A stretch of DNA of 42,811 nt, taken from positions 1 through 42,811 of IMG/VR virus record IMGVR_UViG_3300005326_000026; one strand, given 5' to 3'. This document shows, piece by piece, positions 18,503 to 26,267 of the stretch. Both the position numbers and the translations under genes were made by a program. The notes under the pieces are model-generated. The model saw nothing but the letters and a program-made list of their open reading frames with translations. It searched no databases and was not told the origin of the DNA. Within the stretch, counting starts at the first letter, position 1. Each line of letters begins with the position of its first letter. This stretch comes from a virus. Lineage: Duplodnaviria > Caudoviricetes.

Positions 18503-19119
18503 AAGAACGACCGATATTATTCAGCGGTGAGATGGTGCGCGCCATACTCGACGGTCGCAAGACGATGACGCGGCGAGTGATAAAGCCACAGCCGCCAATA
18601 TCTTGGGATGTTTGCGAACCAGTTGAGCATACGTCGGGGGTGTTTTGTTTTTATAGATCGTCTGACACGGATTTTCATGGATATAAGAAATGCCCTTATG
18701 GCCAACACGGCGACCGGCTATGGGTGAAAGAGACATGGAGCCAGTTCGCTCCGAGGCCCAAGCCTGGTGATGGTGTGCCGGAAAATGCGTGCATAGATTA
18801 CCGCGCAGATTACAGCGCAAGCGCCCTTCGCCGAGGACTAGACTCCGACGGAGACCCATACAAACCTCCGTCATGGCGTCCGTTGATCCACATGCCCCGT
18901 TGGGCGTCACGAATCAACCTTGAAGTGGTATCGGTGCGCGTCGAGCGGGTACAGGATATAAGCGAGGATGACGCCAGAGCAGAGGGGATAAGCAATCCTC
19001 TCGGGTCATTGGCGCTTAACATCTTCCCATCGCTTTGGGACTCCATCAACTTAAAGCGCGGATATGGATGGGACACTAACCCGTGGGTGTGGGTTATAGA
19101 ATTTAAGAGGCTGCCATGA
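18499..19119 (+). CDS. ASCH/PUA-like phage protein
   Basis: MKERPILFSGEMVRAILDGRKTMTRR, GDRLWVKETW, IHMPRWASRI, NPWVWVIEF. Confidence 0.8.
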   Translation: MKERPILFSGEMVRAILDGRKTMTRRVIKPQPPISWDVCEPVEHTSGVFCFYRSSDTDFHGYKKCPYGQHGDRLWVKETWSQFAPRPKPGDGVPENACIDYRADYSASALRRGLDSDGDPYKPPSWRPLIHMPRWASRINLEVVSVRVERVQDISEDDARAEGISNPLGSLALNIFPSLWDSINLKRGYGWDTNPWVWVIEFKRLP

Positions 19120-19394
19120 AGAAGCCACTTAAGCCAATAGGCATGTGCGAGATATGCGGCCGCGAGAAGGCGACGCAATGCCATGAGCGGTTCCCGGATA
19201 CAAAGACAAACTTCCGGCTTTACGGCGATCTGCTTTACACGCGCAAGAACACGATGTTCGCCTGCGCCCACTGCCACGCCTCCCACGCGAAGCACGGTCA
19301 AGGTCTGGTAGTGTGGGATGAGATGGAGTTCTGCGCGGCGTTGTGTATTGAGCCGAGAAGCAAAACCGCAAGGGCAAAGGCCATGTTCCGATGA
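19116..19394 (+). CDS. HNH-like Zn-binding protein
   Basis: CEICG...CHE...N..FACAHCH. Confidence 0.55.
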   Translation: MKKPLKPIGMCEICGREKATQCHERFPDTKTNFRLYGDLLYTRKNTMFACAHCHASHAKHGQGLVVWDEMEFCAALCIEPRSKTARAKAMFR

Positions 19395-19705
19395 ACCTTA
19401 TCGATACCTACATCCGCCACGAAATAGCCTCTCTCGGGCTGGAGTTTGTACCCGAGTTCCGCTTTCACCCAGACCGCATGTGGAGGCTGGATTACGCGAT
19501 ACCATCACAGCATATCGGAATTGAAATTCAGGGTGCGACGTACGCGGCCGGCCGGCACACGCGCGGGTCTGGTTACGCGAACGACTGCGAAAAGCTTAAT
19601 GCGGCTCAGTGCTTGGGCTGGAGGGTTCTTTGGTACACGACGCAACAGTTAAAGGCCGACCCTTCGGTTGTTGCGCGAGACATTAAATTATTGCTTGACA
19701 AATAA
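19391..19705 (+). CDS. PD-(D/E)xK endonuclease (DUF559/Vsr-like)
   Basis: EFRFHPDRMWRLDYA...IEIQG...GRHTRG...DCEKLN.A...GWRVL. Confidence 0.75.
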   Translation: MNLIDTYIRHEIASLGLEFVPEFRFHPDRMWRLDYAIPSQHIGIEIQGATYAAGRHTRGSGYANDCEKLNAAQCLGWRVLWYTTQQLKADPSVVARDIKLLLDK

Positions 19706-19722
19706 GATATTACAAGTATAGT
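19695..19722 (+). promoter_or_regulatory. Sigma70-type promoter
   Basis: TTGACA-N16-TATAGT. Confidence 0.6.
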
Positions 19723-19742
19723 GTCAGAAAAAGGAGGATGGC

Positions 19743-19970
19743 ATGAGCGAATACGAAGAATTATTCGAGACACGCATACGACTGAACGAACGCATTGCTG
19801 AGACAGAGTCATATATAAAACTCCTTCAAGAGCAACTCGCTGAATTAAAGCAAATCCGCGCCAATCTTGAAACGATACAGGGGAGGGTGGTTTGTTTAGA
19901 TTTAGACGGAAGTATTTGGAGTTCGTCACCGAGTTCCACTTCCATTAAGACTACACGTGGAGGAGGGTGA
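19743..19970 (+). CDS. Coiled-coil hypothetical protein
   Basis: SD AGGAGG; heptad pattern. Confidence 0.6.
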   Translation: MSEYEELFETRIRLNERIAETESYIKLLQEQLAELKQIRANLETIQGRVVCLDLDGSIWSSSPSSTSIKTTRGGG

Positions 19971-20165
19971 AATGACAAGGTTTTTGAAGCGGGAGAAATG
20001 GCAATTCGAGACGGCTTGCAACCCATGTGTATTTAATAAGTATACAACCTGCCCGATCTCCCTCGAAGACTGCATAGAAGATGTTTTCATATTAGTCCCC
20101 CGTCCCCCCGACGGCACCCGCTGCCGGGATTTGAACGGGAATATCAAGGTAGTGGGGAGGGATGT

Positions 20166-20405
20166 ATGAACACGTGGCCCAATATTACGCAGCAGCCGGT
20201 AGAATACATCGACGGAACACCTGACGATGAGTACCCGATAAGAATATTGCAGGCATACCGTAAAAACTGTAATTGCCGGTGGGCGACCGATACCGATGGA
20301 AATTGCGACAACGCTCTTTTTTCGCTCATGAATCAACACTGCGAGGAAAGAGCTAAAATACTTGATAAGGCAATCGCTATGTTGCGGGCGGGCTGCCATG
20401 ATTGA
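20166..20405 (+). CDS. Hypothetical protein
   Basis: SD GGAGG; overlaps neighbours by ATGA. Confidence 0.55.
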   Translation: MNTWPNITQQPVEYIDGTPDDEYPIRILQAYRKNCNCRWATDTDGNCDNALFSLMNQHCEERAKILDKAIAMLRAGCHD

Positions 20406-20519
20406 CCCCCGCGCATACCCATACATAGCCGTGGTGATCCTCATCGTCGCGGTCGCGTGTGCGATCATGATACGCGATATAATCCGGGACATCAGGGCTG
20501 ACCGACGCCGGGGTTTGCG

Positions 20520-20972
20520 GTGAAACCCGTTTTCGCCATCCTCGCGCTGTGCCTGTGCTCGTGCGCGTCAATCCACGGCCCCCAGCGTTACACGTACTCG
20601 CTGAAATACCCGTGGCTTACGGATGAGATATACCAGATATGCGTAACCGAGTCCGCGCGAAACGAGTTGCCGCTCGCCCTGGTTCTGGCGGTTATTGATG
20701 CCGAGAGCAGCGGCCGCACAAACGCGGTGTCGAGGTCTGGCGCCTTGGGGTTGATGCAGGTGATGCCCCGGTACTGGTACAAGCGCGGCCCGGCGAGCGA
20801 TCTTCACCGGCCCGAGGTCGGAATCAAGGTCGGCTGCTCCGTGCTGGCATGGGCGCGCAAATTGGCACATGGCGATCCAATTTACACGCTCAGGAATTAC
20901 GAAAGAGGCCCGCGCGGGAAGGGGATAAACTGGACGTATACGAATAAAATATTAAAAAACATGAGAGGGTAG
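20520..20972 (+). CDS. Lytic transglycosylase (SLT domain) with lipoprotein signal
   Basis: LVLAVIDAESS (catalytic Glu), AVSRSGALGLMQVMP; N-terminal hydrophobic stretch ending LCSC. Confidence 0.88.
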   Translation: MKPVFAILALCLCSCASIHGPQRYTYSLKYPWLTDEIYQICVTESARNELPLALVLAVIDAESSGRTNAVSRSGALGLMQVMPRYWYKRGPASDLHRPEVGIKVGCSVLAWARKLAHGDPIYTLRNYERGPRGKGINWTYTNKILKNMRG

Positions 20973-20973
20973 A

Positions 20974-21144
20974 ATGGGAATTCTGAAAACATTGGTAGAT
21001 GTAGCCACTATACCGGTTGCCGTAGCCGCGGACATTGTAACTCTTGGCGGCGTGATGACCGATAGAGACAATACGTATACCGGCGATAATTTAAGGGCAG
21101 TCGCAAGCGACATAGTAAAACTTTACGACCAGCTTGATGAGTAA
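20974..21144 (+). CDS. Hypothetical protein (56 aa, not in ORF track)
   Basis: MGILKTLVDVATIPVAVAADIVTLGG...; SD GAGGG. Confidence 0.6.
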   Translation: MGILKTLVDVATIPVAVAADIVTLGGVMTDRDNTYTGDNLRAVASDIVKLYDQLDE

Positions 21145-21156
21145 CGCGGAGGGGAT

Positions 21157-21603
21157 ATGAAACTTGAACACACGCCGGGGCCGTGGGAGTGGCAAGTTAA
21201 TAAAACATACAAACAGGTTACGCTTATAGGGCACAGAAACGGTTGCCGCGAGTTGGTTATGGATTTTACACGATGGGGCATGAATGGAGCAAAACCACGC
21301 TTCAATCGCAGTGGGTTAATGCACCCTGCCGACGGTTTATGTGGAATTATTGAGGGCCGCGAACACCATGCGTCATGGTGTCAGACAATCAATCATCCAG
21401 ACGCCCGCCTCATTGCCGCCGCGCCGGACATGCTGGATGCGCTGATAGAGGCATATAAGTTTTACCGAGAAGCCATTGTTGATTATGGTCCCTGCGACCA
21501 TAATGTGAATATTTGTATATGCCCGCTAATTAGACAGACAGAACAGATACAGGACGTTATCGAATCCGCCACCGGTAAAAAAATCGAGGAGGTACTATCA
21601 TGA
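21157..21603 (+). CDS. Hypothetical protein (HTPxPW type), paralog 2
   Basis: HTPGPW...DARLIAAAPDMLDAL...ATG..IEEVL. Confidence 0.7.
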   Translation: MKLEHTPGPWEWQVNKTYKQVTLIGHRNGCRELVMDFTRWGMNGAKPRFNRSGLMHPADGLCGIIEGREHHASWCQTINHPDARLIAAAPDMLDALIEAYKFYREAIVDYGPCDHNVNICICPLIRQTEQIQDVIESATGKKIEEVLS

Positions 21604-21866
21604 GCGACCAGATCAGCGAGAAGATGGCGCGGAAGTATTATTCGGCCGGGACTTCGGGAGAATGGGCTGAACTCGAAGATGAGTTTATTGCCAACCTAAA
21701 ACGCAAAGGCCTCATCAAGCCCTCAAAGCTCGACGAGGTGCGGGAGTGGTGTCTAAACACACAAAACAGAGCTACAGCCTATCATGTCGATGTTATCAGA
21801 GCACTACAGACGCTACGCGAAAAATACGAGGCCGCAATAACCGAAATCCTGGAGGAACGCAAATGA
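21600..21866 (+). CDS. Hypothetical protein
   Basis: SD GAGGAGG; ATGA overlap. Confidence 0.6.
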   Translation: MSDQISEKMARKYYSAGTSGEWAELEDEFIANLKRKGLIKPSKLDEVREWCLNTQNRATAYHVDVIRALQTLREKYEAAITEILEERK

Positions 21867-22211
21867 CCATAATAATGTTTACTTGTTGTGCTTGGGGTGT
21901 CGGATGGGGTCTGCTACTCACGGCTATCTGTTGGGCTGGTGGATGGCGCAGCATGGCATTTACGTCTGCTATCCTGACCGTTATCTGTGCCTTGCTAGCG
22001 ATAGTGTGGGGGGCTACGATATGACCGACACAGGAGAGATATTCACTGTTTCGTTGTCACTTGCAGACATCGTTTTGCTACGAAGAATAATTTTGAGAAC
22101 ATCTACAAAAGAGATGCGAGACAAAAAGCTCGATGCGGATGGTATAATTCGGATTAGAAATCTATGCGATAAACTCGCGGATGTAATTTCATTAGATCAA
22201 GGAGGCGTATC

Positions 22212-22610
22212 ATGACCGACCGCGAGATAATGCTCGAAAGCGAGAACCAGTCATTGCGCGATGAGATAGCCATGTGGAGATACCGCATCTCTGTCGATGA
22301 TCGGCTGCTCCACTACATCCCCGCCGTAGTGATTGACGAGTGTGTGGCCGTGCTCGACCACGGTGAGGTCAAGCACCCCGGCGAAGAATGGAAAACAAAA
22401 GTACCGCATGTGCACATGATGGCGGCCGCTGGTCATCTTGCTGAGTTCACCGTTAAGGGCCGCGAGCGCGAGGCCGAAAGCGGATGCTACCACTTGGCCC
22501 ACGCGATAGTCAGATACATGTTCGCGCTGGCACAGTTCATGGGGGCTGTGCCGATATGTTTCAATGTGCCATTTTCACCAAACGGTGAAAGCGCCGAAAA
22601 CAATGAATAA
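22212..22610 (+). CDS. dATP/dGTP diphosphohydrolase-like (DUF5664) protein
   Basis: VAVLDHGEVKH..EEW...AAAGHL...EAESGCYHLAHA pattern. Confidence 0.7.
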   Translation: MTDREIMLESENQSLRDEIAMWRYRISVDDRLLHYIPAVVIDECVAVLDHGEVKHPGEEWKTKVPHVHMMAAAGHLAEFTVKGREREAESGCYHLAHAIVRYMFALAQFMGAVPICFNVPFSPNGESAENNE

Positions 22611-22896
22611 TGAAGTAGGTACTAGCGCAATGCTAGATAATATAAAATCTGGAGCGCGCGGTCAATGGACTTGCCAAAGCATATGGTATGTCAACGCATA
22701 CTCTGACGGACGATGTTCTTTCGAGTACGTATGCTGCGATTACGAAGACTGTGCAAACAATGAATATGAGCGGTTCGAGAATGTTCAGGGATTATCTGAA
22801 TATCTTATAGATGACTCGTACACTGATTTTGTGTGGGTAAAGGTATCATGAATAATACTGCCATACCGGTAAACATGTTAATATACTGTAATATTC

Positions 22897-22925
22897 TTGA
22901 CATTATGTACATGATATGTTATGGT
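22897..22925 (+). promoter_or_regulatory. Sigma70-type promoter
   Basis: TTGACA-N17-TATGGT with extended TG. Confidence 0.6.
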
Positions 22926-22976
22926 ATTACTGGTATCGCAGTAACTATGGCGAATACGCCGCAATAAGGAGGAACG

Positions 22977-23267
22977 ATGCAGTGGTATGACGTATCAGAT
23001 AAATTACCGCCCGACAGCGAAGATGTTTTAGTATCTGATGGTGAGCAAATATCTATAGCCCGATACACTAGGGCGCCCGAATGGAAGGGCTGGTACGAGC
23101 CGAGCACAATCGATGTAGGATGCGAGGGCGAGGGTCTATCTATCGAAGTTAAGTACTGGATGCCTCTGGGGACATTTCACTGGATGTTAAGCGTAAGGAG
23201 GAGCGATGAACGCAAAAGTAACCGATCTTATGGAGACGATCGGAATCCGCGAACAAGCTGCGGTTGA
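22977..23267 (+). CDS. DUF551-like protein
   Basis: W..VSDKLP...DVLV...VKYWMPL. Confidence 0.7.
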   Translation: MQWYDVSDKLPPDSEDVLVSDGEQISIARYTRAPEWKGWYEPSTIDVGCEGEGLSIEVKYWMPLGTFHWMLSVRRSDERKSNRSYGDDRNPRTSCG

Positions 23268-23430
23268 GATCGTGGCAATTATTGAGAACTCATTGCGCAA
23301 GGAGAAGCGGAGAATTCCAACTGAGCAGTATTCCAGGGTTGTTGGCTACATTCGCCCGGTGAACCAGTGGAACAAGGGCAAGCAAGAGGAGTTCCGCGAG
23401 CGAAAAACATACAAGATGAAGGAGGCGTAA
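23206..23430 (+). CDS. Stand-alone NrdD C-terminal (glycyl-radical) domain
   Basis: YSRVVGYIRPVNQWNKGKQEEFRER matches the class III RNR C-terminus; only 74 aa; SD AAGGAGG. Confidence 0.82.
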   Translation: MNAKVTDLMETIGIREQAAVEIVAIIENSLRKEKRRIPTEQYSRVVGYIRPVNQWNKGKQEEFRERKTYKMKEA

Positions 23431-24231
23431 TTGAGGAACTTCAAGCGCGTGATGGTATGTTCCGACACGCACACAGGACACCACTACGGGTTGACGCCCC
23501 CCGAATGGTGGTTCGGGAAGGACTCAGGCGACCGACTTCAGCGCGACATCGGAGAGTACCAGCGGGATTTGTGGGGCTTTACCGCTGACACCATCGAGAG
23601 ACTAAAACCGATTGACATCTTGCTGATGACCGGGGACGCCATAGACGGCAAGGGCGAGAAGTCCGGCGGGGTGGAGCAGTTGACTACCGACCGCGTTGAG
23701 CAATGCCGGATGCTGGCACGGTTCATCGATGAGACAGAAGCCGAGAAGGTCAGGATGGTCTACGGTACGCGCTATCACGTCGGCAAAGAAGATGACTTTG
23801 AATCGATCATACCCGACTTTTCGCGCTGCAAGGACATCAAGATCGAGGGGCACGGGTTCTACAATATCAACGGGTGTGTAATCGACGCGAAGCACAAGAT
23901 TGGAGCCTCGCAGATACCGCACGGGCGGCATACCGCGATATCGAAGGCAAGGATGTGGAACGTGATGTGGCACAACGAGAAGGCCAAACACCCGCTTTCC
24001 AATATCATTCTTCGCGGGCACGTCCACTACTTTAACTACGCTGGCGGGCCGTCGTGGGTTGGTGTTACACTCCCGGCCCTGTGCTACCACACGATTTTCG
24101 GTGTGCGCGAATGTGAAGGGCTGGTCGATCTTGGTATAGTCTGGTTTGACATCTACGATAGCGGGAGGTTTTCATGGGATTGGAGAATGGCCGAGTTTCA
24201 GGGGTTGGATGTGGAGGCTACTATCCTATGA
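23431..24231 (+). CDS. Calcineurin-like metallophosphoesterase
   Basis: SDTH, GDAIDG, GTRYH, KH, RGHVH motifs. Confidence 0.8.
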   Translation: MRNFKRVMVCSDTHTGHHYGLTPPEWWFGKDSGDRLQRDIGEYQRDLWGFTADTIERLKPIDILLMTGDAIDGKGEKSGGVEQLTTDRVEQCRMLARFIDETEAEKVRMVYGTRYHVGKEDDFESIIPDFSRCKDIKIEGHGFYNINGCVIDAKHKIGASQIPHGRHTAISKARMWNVMWHNEKAKHPLSNIILRGHVHYFNYAGGPSWVGVTLPALCYHTIFGVRECEGLVDLGIVWFDIYDSGRFSWDWRMAEFQGLDVEATIL

Positions 24232-24446
24232 CGGTTCACATACCCGACGAGTGGAAGACCGCAATCGAGGGCAAGCACCGCCGCGCGAGGGTGATGGACG
24301 ACAAGACAAAGGCCGCGATTGACGCAATGATAATCCAGTACTACCCGACCAATACGCAGCGGCAGATCGCCGTGGCCTGTGGGTGCTCTTCTGGATACGT
24401 GGCAACGAGAGTACTTTTTTTGCGTGATGAAGGTAAAATTGCTTGA
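24228..24446 (+). CDS. HTH DNA-binding protein
   Basis: TQRQIAVACGCSSGYV...L...GKI. Confidence 0.6.
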   Translation: MTVHIPDEWKTAIEGKHRRARVMDDKTKAAIDAMIIQYYPTNTQRQIAVACGCSSGYVATRVLFLRDEGKIA

Positions 24447-24471
24447 CATTTACGTGGTTTAATAGTACTGG
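24443..24471 (+). promoter_or_regulatory. Promoter candidate for the ncRNA island
   Basis: Perfect TTGACA in AT-rich context; -10 is weak (TACTGG at 17 nt). Confidence 0.4.
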
Positions 24472-24487
24472 TAATGTATTAGGTAGC

Positions 24488-24744
24488 AGGGGGGAGAAAA
24501 ACCGGCAAGTTTAACCCTCCCCCGCGCTCTTGACGTTAATGCTTAGTGCTTAAAGCCATCAGTAAACCGCACTGAGCACGGAAGGAAAACCGGTCAAACC
24601 CGAGACGACGAACACTCGTAAAACGGCTATCGAGGCCCACACTGCCAGCGTAGCGAAAGTGTAAGAGTGGGGCGGCGGCGCGGAGGGGGCCGCAAGACAT
24701 CGGAAGGGTTGGGATTCGGTGGCGGCGGGTGGAAGCCCCGTTAA
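24488..24744 (+). ncRNA. Structured non-coding RNA candidate
   Basis: About 260 nt without a credible ORF; several stems (GGGGGAG/CTCCCCC, TGCTTAGTGC/GCACTGAGCA, CCCAC/GTGGG). Confidence 0.5.
24695..24744 (+). repeat. Structured 50-nt repeat, copy 1
   Basis: AGACATCGG...CGGTGGC(G/A)GCGGGTGGAAGCCCCGT(T/C)AA recurs at 25190-25238. Confidence 0.85.
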
Positions 24745-24764
24745 TACAATATCGGAGGTTTGAG

Positions 24765-25112
24765 ATGGTGTGGATGATTTATCTTATTGGTAGCATAGAA
24801 GGTTTTCTTGGAGTACTGTGTTTTGTAATGATATCTTCTCTAGCGGCGGCGTGGATGCTGGCTTTGTCTATAGTCAACGAGAGCGTGGATAAAGACAAAT
24901 GGCCGGTTGTTAGGAAACTTATTGCCATGTCTATCGTGTCTCTGCTTGTCTTTGTAGTAACTCCGAACTCAAAAACAATCGCCGCGATGTACTTACTCCC
25001 AAAGATCGCCGCAAACGAGCACGTACAGAAAATACCCGATAAGGCGTTAAGAGTGCTGGAAAAGAAGCTCGATGAGTACTTAGGATCGTCCGACGAGAAG
25101 GAGAAAGAGTGA
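24765..25112 (+). CDS. Membrane protein
   Basis: SD GGAGG; two TM segments; TPNSKTIAAMY..PKI motif. Confidence 0.7.
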   Translation: MVWMIYLIGSIEGFLGVLCFVMISSLAAAWMLALSIVNESVDKDKWPVVRKLIAMSIVSLLVFVVTPNSKTIAAMYLLPKIAANEHVQKIPDKALRVLEKKLDEYLGSSDEKEKE

Positions 25113-25189
25113 CCCTGCGCGCCTCTTGACAATGCGAAATTCGCAGGGTTTTGTGGGCGGGCACACAAATGGCGGTTAGGGTGTGAACC

Positions 25190-25238
25190 AGACATCGGTG
25201 GGGTGGGCATCGGTGGCAGCGGGTGGAAGCCCCGTCAA
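25190..25238 (+). repeat. Structured 49-nt repeat, copy 2
   Basis: Matches copy 1 with compensatory stem changes. Confidence 0.85.
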
Positions 25239-25314
25239 GGGCGCGGAATGGTTCGACGCGACAAAAGCCCGAAGAGGAACGTCGCGGACCCCGGATCGAT
25301 ACCGGGCGCGTCCA
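25239..25314 (+). ncRNA. Minimal tmRNA-like RNA (tRNA-like domain only)
   Basis: Acceptor stem GGGCGCG/CGCGTCC with G3-U70 and discriminator A; stemless D-loop GAATGGTTCGA; P2a CGCGAC/GTCGCG; GAC connector; T-arm CCCGG-ATCGATA-CCGGG. Confidence 0.8.
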
Positions 25315-25434
25315 AATCGCGGAAGATCGGACGACTCGCCGCGTGACTCAGAATTTCGATTTACGCTCATGCAAGTGTTATAAACAGCCCGGCGAGGTAC
25401 CTCCCGCCGGGAACTCTTTCCACTAGGAGATTGC

Positions 25435-25830
25435 TTGAAATATCGCGGTAAAGGCACATTCTCTTTCGCCGTCCAGCCCTACGGCCACGAGGTGCATTTC
25501 TGTTATCTCCTCGACGAGAAAGAAATAGAGCGATACTCGCGGCGTAATTTTAATGTCTCATGGGGAGAGCCAGGATCATCAATATTCTGTACTCGCCATT
25601 GCCATTATGAGGGATACATAGGCTCTTCCGTGGTGTGGATTCGGCAAAAGCTTATTTTCGGAGAGCCGTCAGACCATTCCACGCTTGCGCACGAGATATA
25701 TCACATAGTTTCAAATATCTGCCGTGACTGCGGCATGGAGCACGACCCCGACAATGATGAGCCCTTCGCGTATTTAACAGGATGGATAACAGAGCAAATT
25801 TATTTCTGGCTACTCGAAAAAAACGCTTGA
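25435..25830 (+). CDS. HExxH metalloprotease-like protein
   Basis: TLAHEIYH...NDEPFAYL; SD AGGAG, TTG start. Confidence 0.65.
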   Translation: MKYRGKGTFSFAVQPYGHEVHFCYLLDEKEIERYSRRNFNVSWGEPGSSIFCTRHCHYEGYIGSSVVWIRQKLIFGEPSDHSTLAHEIYHIVSNICRDCGMEHDPDNDEPFAYLTGWITEQIYFWLLEKNA

Positions 25831-25855
25831 CTATTATGCAATTAGATTGTATATT
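25827..25855 (+). promoter_or_regulatory. Promoter of the packaging operon
   Basis: TTGACT-N17-TATATT, 7 nt upstream of the next ATG. Confidence 0.75.
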
Positions 25856-25862
25856 TGCGTAA

Positions 25863-26267
25863 ATGGCAAACGAACAAAATCTTCGATCTCTCGGTGAGCT
25901 AACAACGGAAGAACGACGAGAGATAGCCCGCGCCGGTGGCTTGGCATCAGTTAAGGCCCGCCGCGAGAAAAAGCTCATGTCTCAGATATACGCTGAGTTC
26001 TTGGAGAAGGAGCACGACGTAGAAGGCCCCGACGGCGATAAGACTAAAATGTCTGGCCACGCTATAGTATCTGTAGTGATGAGCAAGGTTTTAGCCCGAG
26101 GGGATAGCGCGGCTGTCTCGCTGATGAAGGAGCTTAGAGAGGCCACCGAGGGCAGTAAGCTTGCCGTCACCGATAAAGCCGATGAGTGGGCCAAGATGTT
26201 TGAGGTTGTAGGTGCTGACACAGAAGCAACACGACATAATAGCGTTCGACAACCTTCATCGTCCTAG
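25863..26267 (+). CDS. terS: Terminase small subunit (putative)
   Basis: Directly upstream of and overlapping terL; MANEQNL...ERREIARAGG.AS...RR N-terminus. Confidence 0.65.
   Translation: MANEQNLRSLGELTTEERREIARAGGLASVKARREKKLMSQIYAEFLEKEHDVEGPDGDKTKMSGHAIVSVVMSKVLARGDSAAVSLMKELREATEGSKLAVTDKADEWAKMFEVVGADTEATRHNSVRQPSSS

Noticed and set aside
24695-25238. CRISPR mini-array
   Set aside because: Only two imperfect copies about 450 bp apart with a gene between them; no cas genes.
25239-25314. Ordinary tRNA-Ala or an attP remnant
   Set aside because: No D-stem or 7-nt anticodon loop; both halves of the acceptor stem are present and there is no integrase.
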